From Prorocentrum cordatum (lineage: Eukaryota): DNA of 56,242 nt. The first letter of the stretch is position 1; each line of letters begins with the position of its first letter. Positions 48,143 to 56,242 of this stretch are shown piece after piece. Under the pieces are notes generated by a model, which searched no databases, was not told the origin of the DNA, and saw only the letters and a list, made by a program, of their open reading frames with translations. The position numbers and the translations under genes are program-made. The stretch spans positions 62,001 to 118,242 of the forward strand of contig CAUYUJ010000100.1 of the NCBI GenBank assembly GCA_963575745.1. The letters are read 5' to 3'.

Positions 48143-48720
48143 GCACGAGGGGGAGGAGGAGGATTCGTTGTCGTCCCTGGATTCTCGCGTCTTTCTTCCG
48201 TCTTTCCGTCGTCTCGCTTCGGCCGCTGGCCGTCAGACGGCTGCAAGCGTTCTGCGTGCTCGCCTCCAGACGGTCAACAGCAGCAGGGGGAGTCGGAGGA
48301 GGACGCTGCTTTCGAGCAGCCCCGCGGCGCCGAGCCCACGGCGCGCCCGGGATGTTTCGGGGCCCGGCTTTCTTCTCTCGGCGCGCGCTCCCTGGCGGCG
48401 GCTGGTAGCGCAGGTCGTGCCGGGGCTCCCTGTGGACGAGCTGGCAGGCGACCGCGGATGGCTTGGCTCGGTGGAGGGGCTGGGAGGGGGGGGGGAGTGC
48501 AGCGGCCTCGGAACAGCTGCACGCAAGTGCAAGTCCTCCCGGTCAAACCGCAGTGCTGGGGCCTCGTTGTGAGTCCGCAGTGCTCAAGGTCTCACCTCCT
48601 TCATCCTCCCCCTCTCCTCCTTGCCTTTGCTCTCAGCATCCCCCTCCCCCTCCCTGCCTTTGCCCTCCGCATTCTGTCCAGGGTTCCATTTCGGCACACA
48701 TCTCAGACGATTTGTGGCCC

Positions 48721-48780
<60 letters not shown>

Positions 48781-49390
48781 TTCGCGTTCACGCGTACGCC
48801 CGCCCGCACGCGGACGACATCGCTGGTAGCGCGTGCAGCGAATATCGCATTGCGTTCTCATGGGACAGCGCAGTCCTGCGCAGGCAGCGGGTGCTCAATG
48901 CCCTCGCCGCTGGGCGGCGTAAAATAGGGGCGTCGCGTCCCCGCGTTGCCGAGTGGGCCATTTCAGGCCCTGGCCGCTTCGGGCCTCCTCCCCCTCCTCC
49001 TCCTCCTCCTGCTCCTCCTCCTGCTCCTCCTCCTCCTCCTCATCATCATCATCATCATCAGCATCATCATCATCAGCATCATCATCATCATATCATCATC
49101 ATCATCTTCATCATCATCATCATCTTCATCTGCAGCAGCATCATCATCATCATCAGCACAGCAGCATCATCATCATCATCCTCGCCGTTGCAGCCCCCTC
49201 CCTGCCCCGCTCCCCGCCTTCCACTAGTCATCCTGCCTTCTCTCGCTCCTCCGCCTCCTCCTCCTTCTCCCCGCCTCCTCCCCCTCCCCCTCCTCCTCCT
49301 CCTCCGCCACCTCCGCCTCCTCCTCCTGCCACCCCCCCTCCTCCCCCTCCGCCTCCCCCTCCTCCTCCGCCTCCTCCCCTCCTCTCCCCT

Positions 49391-49421
<31 letters not shown>

Positions 49422-49623
49422 TCCTCCTCCCCTCCTCCTCCACCCCCCCTCCCACCCCTCCTCCTCCTCCTCCTCCTCCTCCTCCTCCTCCTCCTTCCCC
49501 GCCACATTCTGGCCCAGCGCCCCACCCTAACCAGCATGGGACCCGCGGCCCCGAGGCGCTGGCCAGCACGGGACGTCAGGGGGGCACTCTGCTGGCGTGT
49601 CCTCCGATCAGGCCTACGATTAA

Positions 49624-49946
49624 GTCGGGCACGGTTCAGGAGGGAAAAAAACACACAGACACAATTAATCTTCGCTTTCCCAGAAAATATGGGAAAATAT
49701 GGGAAGTGGGCGGGAAGACATACACCCAGAACATATGGGAAAATATAGGGGATTATTTTATTTGTGTGTATTTATTTGTGTGTCCTGGGGCCCCTTCAAC
49801 GGTTCTCTACAGGAGGAATATCCAAGATAGTAAAAACGTATTCAGGGGCCGATTTTTCGATTCTGTTTGACCAGGGTTACGCATTTTTTTGGGCAAGTTT
49901 GAGCTTCTCTTCCGCAGATTCCCCTTGTAGGAGGACATGCCCGACC
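49624..49946. mobile_element. ~320-bp MITE of the same family as 46701-46851
   Basis: TAA|GTCGGGCA ... TGTAGGAGGACATGCCCGACC|TAA with an AT-rich interior. Confidence 0.65.
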
Positions 49947-50014
49947 TAAGCCTAAGAGAGACATCTTATCCCCATCGATGCTGGGCTGAGCACCGCTATG
50001 CTTAAGCTCGCCCT

Positions 50015-50164
<150 letters not shown>

Positions 50165-51125
50165 ACGCGCTTGCGCTTACTCCCGTCCGCACGCAAGCGA
50201 AACTTCTGGTAGTGCGTACATTGAGGTTTACTCTTACTTCGATCCATTCACAGTGAAGCCCACTCATACTCAGTCTCCATATTCAGCCTCTCAAGCTCAG
50301 GCTTACTCCCACCCAGACCCACGCACAACCAGGTGCTCATACGCATACGCACTCGTAGGTATACCAACGGTTACAGTACCCACTCATACCTAGACCCGAC
50401 CATACCGAAAGGCTGCTCTATCCCGGTCACTCATGTCCAGTTCGGGCGCACACCCAGGCTCGGTCATACCCAGACCCGCTCATACTCGGGCTCGCTCTAA
50501 CCCAGCGTCAAACGTCCCCTGCCCCAGCCACTACTACTCAACCGAAGGCTCATTCATACACAGCTCGAACTCAGACTCGCTCACACACCACCCAGACATG
50601 GATGGTTAGAAAGCACATGCGCATCTTGGGATCCCCGTGTGGAATAGAAATGCTCTCCTCACCTTCGAAGTTCATGGAGGCTGTTCTCGGGCCCCGGGGC
50701 CCGCGACCAACGATGCGCACCGGAGCGCGGGCGCAGCGCACGGGCTCGAGAGGTCCTGGGAACAGCGCCATGCATGCCGAGGTCGGGCTGTCGGAAGTCT
50801 TGGAGAGGGAGTGATGGCAGCCTCGGTTTCCACGTGGCTGAGGCAACGCCGCGTCTCGTCCGCCCCTGCGCGCACGCCGCCTGCCTGCTGCTACTTTGGG
50901 GCTCAAGGCTGGGACCGCTCGTCCTGCCCGCCCACCCTTGGATTTTTTGTTTTTGCTGCTTTTTGCTGCTGCTGCTGCTGTTGCTGTTGAATATTCATTT
51001 CTACAGATAATTGTCGTTGATCTCTGGAAACGGTTCCGCGCGCTCTCACCTCGACGCCGGCTACATTTTCTCTGAAAGCGAGACTCCCGCTCGAGCGTTG
51101 GCTTGACCTTGAAAATGTGGGCCCT

Positions 51126-51440
51126 TGGAGGCCCAGCTACGACGACAAGGGCTCCTGCTCGATACGTCCTCACGAGTTGCTCCGAGAGCCCCTGGCCAAG
51201 AAGGCCACCGAACTCAGGAACGGCGCTCTGGCTCGAGACTTCCTCGCAATTCAGTTAAATTGGCAGAGGCCCAGCCACGACGACAAGGGCTCCTGCTCGA
51301 TACGTCCTCACGATTTACTCCGAGAGCCCCTGGCCAAGAAGGCCCCCGAACTCAGGAACGGCGCTTTCACCCGAGACTTTCCCGTAATTCAGGCAACTTG
51401 GTGGAGGCCCGGACACGGCGACAAGGGCTCCCGTTCGATA
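51126..51440 (+). repeat. 138-bp tandem repeat, about 2.3 copies, frame-preserving
   Basis: GACAAGGGCTCC at 51144, 51282 and 51420. Confidence 0.9.
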
Positions 51441-51631
51441 TTTCTCCATAGGTATTCCGAAAGCCTTTGGCGCTCTCGCTCGAGACTTCTTCGCACTTCA
51501 GTCAGTGGCCGACCAGAAGAATATTCCTCCCGACAGGGGGTGCAATCGTAGACGAAGTGGGCGGGTATCGAGGCTTGAGGTATACGGAATGCAAGACACG
51601 CGTGCCAGTAAGAGTGAACAGTCTTAAACTG

Positions 51632-51680
51632 ATTGTTGTTGTTGTTGTTGTTGTTGTTGCTTCCGCTGCTGCTGCTGCCG

Positions 51681-51735
<55 letters not shown>

Positions 51736-51744
51736 CGTTGTTGA

Positions 51745-51792
<48 letters not shown>

Positions 51793-51910
51793 CGTTGTTG
51801 TTGTTGGTGGTGTTGGTGTTGTTGTTGTTGTTGTTGTTGCTGTTGGTGTTGTTGGTGTTGTTGTTGTTGCTGCTGTTGCTGTTATTGTTGTCGTTGTTGA
51901 TGTTGTTGTT
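51632..51910. repeat. (GTT)n microsatellite
   Basis: Direct inspection. Confidence 0.95.
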
Positions 51911-52597
51911 ATTTTCTGTCCTTGTTTCCGCGGCGCTGCTGTGCCCGCCTGTGTGTGTGTGTGGGCCAGGGGCGGCCTCGGACCGTGGTACCTTGCCAAT
52001 GAAAAAAGAGGAGGGACATGAGCGGGTGGTAACCTGAGGAGTGGGGACGGAACGGGCGGAACGGCCGAGAGCAGCCCCCTCTCATCCATGGCGACGAGCA
52101 CGGTCGAGCGCAGGCTCTGCTGAGGACGGCTTGCGAACGCAGCATGTGTGTGTGTATGTGCGTGTGTGTGTGTGTGTGTGTGTGTCTGTGTGTGTGTGTG
52201 TGTGTGTCTGTGTGTGTGTGTGCGTGTGGCTTGGGCAGCCTCGGCTTTGACACCTTCGCTGTGCAGCCTTCACCCGGGACTCGTCCTCCCGCACTGGGCC
52301 CCGCCGCCCCCGGCCCGACGACGCAGCAGCCGCCGCGTGCCCCGCGGCGGGGCCGGCCGCGCCACACGCTCGGGCAGAGCTCTGAACTCTGAGCCGCCCG
52401 CCCCGTCCCGGTTTTCTTTCGGCCGCGTCCTTTCTCCTTCATCCTCTTGCAATTCGTTTTACGGGAACCCCGTTTAAGTCTCTCATCGCCAGCGCAGTCA
52501 CCCTCTGCCTAGCCGCCGACGCCAAAAGGTGTGTGTGTGTGTGGGTGGAGTTCGGTAGCAACTCGTGGGAGCGTCGTGCATCCTCGTAATTCGGTCT

Positions 52598-53070
52598 TTC
52601 GCGTCGATTGGTGTGGATTAGCGTCTGGGAGTCGATGAGGTCGCGTCGATTTAGCGTCGGATCGCGTCGATTTAGCGTCGGCTAGCGTCAATTAGCGTAA
52701 GAGCCGACAAGATGGTATGGGAGGTTCCCATGAGTTGCCACCGAAGTGGAGAGAGGTCCGAAGACATGGAGTGAAGTGGCCTCCCTGCTCGCCCCCTCCG
52801 CCCGTCCCCTAGGCCCCCGCCGCTCGTTCATTGACGATGTCACATGGTCGTGCTCACGCTCATACCCCTCCGTTGTCCTCGTTTTTTTTCGGTAGCAAAG
52901 CATTGTAGCCTGGTATACCCTCTTTATTCGGTTTTCAGCGCCGACTCGCGTCGATTTAGCGTCTGGGAGTCGATGGGACAGCGCCGATTTAGCGTCGGCT
53001 GGCGTCGGTTAGCGTCCACTCGCACGAACCGCCAGGATGGTATGGAAGGTTCCCATCAGTTGTCACCGAG
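52598..53070. repeat. Duplicated block with (CGATTTAGCGT) motifs and GATGGTATGG.AGGTTCCCAT.AGTTG.CACCGA
   Basis: Copies at about 52600-52745 and 52945-53070. Confidence 0.75.
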
Positions 53071-54444
53071 CGTTCTGTCCCCGTGTCCCCCTGGTTCCTC
53101 CTCTCGCTGGAAGGCGAGTGGCTGGACTCCCTGGGGCACACCGTGGCGGTCGAGCAAGGCGATTCGCGCGAAAGCTGAACGTGCACGGGGTGTGCTGTTT
53201 TGTTCCACCGCCCCAGTCCAGGGAGGCGTGGGAGAAGGAGGGAGGGGAGGAGGAGGATGAGGAGGAACATGCGGAGGAGGATCGCGAGAAGGAGGAGGAT
53301 GAGGAGGAGGGGAGGACGAGGAAAAGGAGGATGAGGTGGAGGAGGAGGAGGAGGAGGAGGAGGTGGAGGAGGAGGAGAGCTTGAGGAGAGGAGGAGGAGG
53401 AGGAGGTGGAGGAGGAATCCTTTCCCTTCCATTCCCTTCCCTTTCCTTTCCACGTCGCTTCCCTTCCTTACATTCCCTTCCCTTTGCTTTCCCTTCCCTT
53501 CCCTTCCATTTCCACTTCGCCAAACTCTTTCCTATCCGCCGACCTTGGGGGTCCCAGGGGACCTTTGTCTCCACCATGGCCCCATCGCCTGCTGCCCACT
53601 CAGAAGAGGCGGCTCTGCTTCTTGGAATAGGAGGAGTGGCTTATGCGCAGGGGATGGGCAGGAGGCAGAGGACGATGATGAACAAGGAGGAGGAGGACCT
53701 GGAGGTAGGGAGGCGGAAAAGGAGGAGGAGGAGGAGGAGGAGGAGGAGGAGGAGGAGGAGGAGGAGCGAGAGTTGCAGGATGACTAGAGGACGGCGGAAG
53801 CGGGGACAGGAGGGGGCTGCAACGGCGAGGAACGAGCCGGATCCAGGCATGTGGCCGCTGGTTGGGCGAGAGCGCCATTCTGAACGACAGGGGCAATGCG
53901 CCGTTCCTGACGTGGCCAGCGCTGCCTAGCGCTGCAGCGGGAGCACAAATCGCGAAGGGCCGAGGACAGTCCGATCGAAGCAACGCACCTCGGAAATCAC
54001 CTCCTGGAAATCCGGGGGAGGCGGTGCCACCACCGCAAAATGTCAGGGGAGATGGGGCATGTGTATTTACCGAAGACACCTGCGTACTGCGATTGGGCCC
54101 ACGAAGTTTTTGTGGCGGCTTGCGCAGCCTTCCGGGTGGCCGGCGGGTTTGGCCGAAACCCCAGGGGGAGTTCTTACAGGAAGCAAGAAGAACCATACTT
54201 TTAGCACGCCAGGCACCCATGTGATCAATCAACAGTGGGCGGCGGATCGCAGATGCTTACTACGGGGCACCGCCGCCCCCTGCCTTTTAGGATACGCCTG
54301 CGTGGCCCAACGTTTGGGCAAAGTCTGGCCACGCTATTGGACCATGCGTGCCCCCAGCCGTTGTGGAAGCCCTTCGGGGAAAATGTGGGGAAGGAAAAGA
54401 AGAATAGAGGGAGGAAAAGAAGATGAGGAGAAGGCTGAGGACGC

Positions 54445-55875
54445 GTCTTGAGAGCCTCTCGGGTCATTGTTGGGGCTTCCAGGGAGCTTTCTGGGGGCCT
54501 CTTGGAGGCCTCTTGGGGGCTTCTCTGGGCCTCTTGGGTGCTTCTTGGGGGCCTCTTTGGCGGTCTTACGGCGTTTCTGGCCCGTCTGACGCGGTCGGGT
54601 GCCGTCTTGGGAGCTTCTCTGGGCCGTCTTTGAGTCCTCTTGGGGCCCGTCAGGGTCGTCTTGACGGCCATCTTGGGCGTCTTAGAGGCCTCTTTGGGCC
54701 GTCTTGGGGCCCTTTGCGGGCTGTCTTGGGGCCCTTTCGGGCCGTCCTGGGGGAGGCCTCTTGAGGCAATCTTGGGTGCCTCTTGGGCCATCTTGGGCCG
54801 TTGGAAGGCCGAACAAGAGCAAATGCCAAAATCCTTCTAGCCTCTTCGGGCCCTCCTGGAGGACCTCTCGGAGGCCTCTTGGGCCGTCTTGGAGGCCTCT
54901 TGGGCGCCTCTTGGGCAGTCTTGGGCCGTCGTGGAGGCTTCAGGGGTGGACTTGGAAGTATCTTGGACCCTCTTGGGCCGTCTTGGAGGCCATCTTGGCC
55001 ATCCTGGAGACATCTTGGAGGCCAGCTCGGGCCATCTTGGAGCCGTCTGGAGAAGGAAAAACCTGTGCAACCCGGTCTTACGGTCCCTTACGGGTGGCCA
55101 GCGGATTGGGCCGGAGCCCCAGGGGAGAGCTCTCTTGGAAAAAGACAAAAAACCGACTGGATTCAGCACGCCAGGTACCCTTGTGGCAAGCCAGCAGGGG
55201 GTGACGGATCTAGTGGCTTCTGGCCCATCCCGCCACTGTGTCTGGGTCGTTGGTGAGAGGCCTCTTGGTTGCGTAATTCTTCGGGTATGCTAGGACGTCT
55301 CTCGGGGGCCTCTTGGATAGCTGTTGTGAGCCTCTTGTGGACTTCTTGGGGGCCTCTTGGGAGCCTCTTGGGGGTCTCTTTGGGGCCTCTTGGGCGCCTC
55401 TTGGGGCCTCCCCAGGGTCTCCCAGGGAGTCTCTGGGAGGATCCTGGGATTACCTCGGGATGTGCGGCTCGAAATTCCGCTTCGCGTTTCCCGTCTTGGG
55501 CCTCTTGGGGCCGTCTTGGGGCCTTGTGCCCTTTTAGGTGGCTTGGGGGCCGTCTCAGGGCCCTCTTGGGCCATCTTGAAGCCTTATTGGGAGCCTCTTG
55601 GGCCGTCTTGGGGCGATATTGGGATTCTCTTGGGCCGCTTTGGACGCTCTTAAGACAGAAAACGCGCATTTCCAATTAGAATGATTTGGGCGATTTTGGC
55701 CTCTTGGGACTGTGTTGGGGGTCTTCTTGGGGCCCTCTTGAGGCGCCTTGGGGGCCTCTTGTGCCGTTCTGAGGCCATTCTAGGGCGTCTTGGGGCGCTG
55801 TCGGGCCGTCTCGGTCGGGGCCCTCTTGGACAGCTTGGGGTACCTCCCGGGGTCCTCTCTGGCCGTCTCGGGGCC
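54445..55875 (+). repeat. CCTCTTGG-rich dispersed repeats (at least two units)
   Basis: Same motif family as 27980-28750 and 33650-34280. Confidence 0.8.
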
Positions 55876-56044
55876 TTCCGACCTCAGGAATAATCGTGCG
55901 AGATGTTCCAGGAGGCCCGCGGGGGGACGCGGGGCGCCCTTGAGATTCCGGCAACTGGACCTCTGGGCCCCTTATTAGTCGATAGTTGACGCTTCGCGTA
56001 TCCCCAGCAGCACATTCAGGAATGATCCCCATGAGGGTTGCTTG

Positions 56045-56242
<198 letters not shown>

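Noticed and set aside
51195..51235. Light-harvesting protein motif (ELRNG.LA)
   Set aside because: It lacks the conserved Arg and the following hydrophobic helix.

Overview
Repeat-dense, GC-rich eukaryotic DNA, not prokaryotic. A relic spliced leader, exons buried in microsatellite introns and the repeat style suggest a dinoflagellate (inference). The main feature is an apparently full-length ~8.95 kb non-LTR retrotransposon on the minus strand (3777-12723), bounded by a perfect 17-bp target-site duplication. It encodes ORF1 and an intact 1978-aa APE-RT-CCHC-RNaseH ORF2. It has no poly(A) tail, has structured 5' and 3' ends (including a tandem pair of covarying hairpins) and an ORF1/ORF2 stop-start overlap, and it sits in frame inside an exon of an unknown multi-exon gene. 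Next to a 100-N gap lies the 3' end of a tyrosine-recombinase element with split direct repeats. The rest holds a ~21-copy 190-bp satellite with higher-order structure, two MITE families, a minisatellite foldback, CCTCTTGG-rich dispersed repeats with a recurrent end motif, long microsatellites, and decayed or isolated coding fragments (PPPDE exon, OTU-like, LINE remnant). Most ORFs in the supplied track are artefacts of low-complexity DNA.
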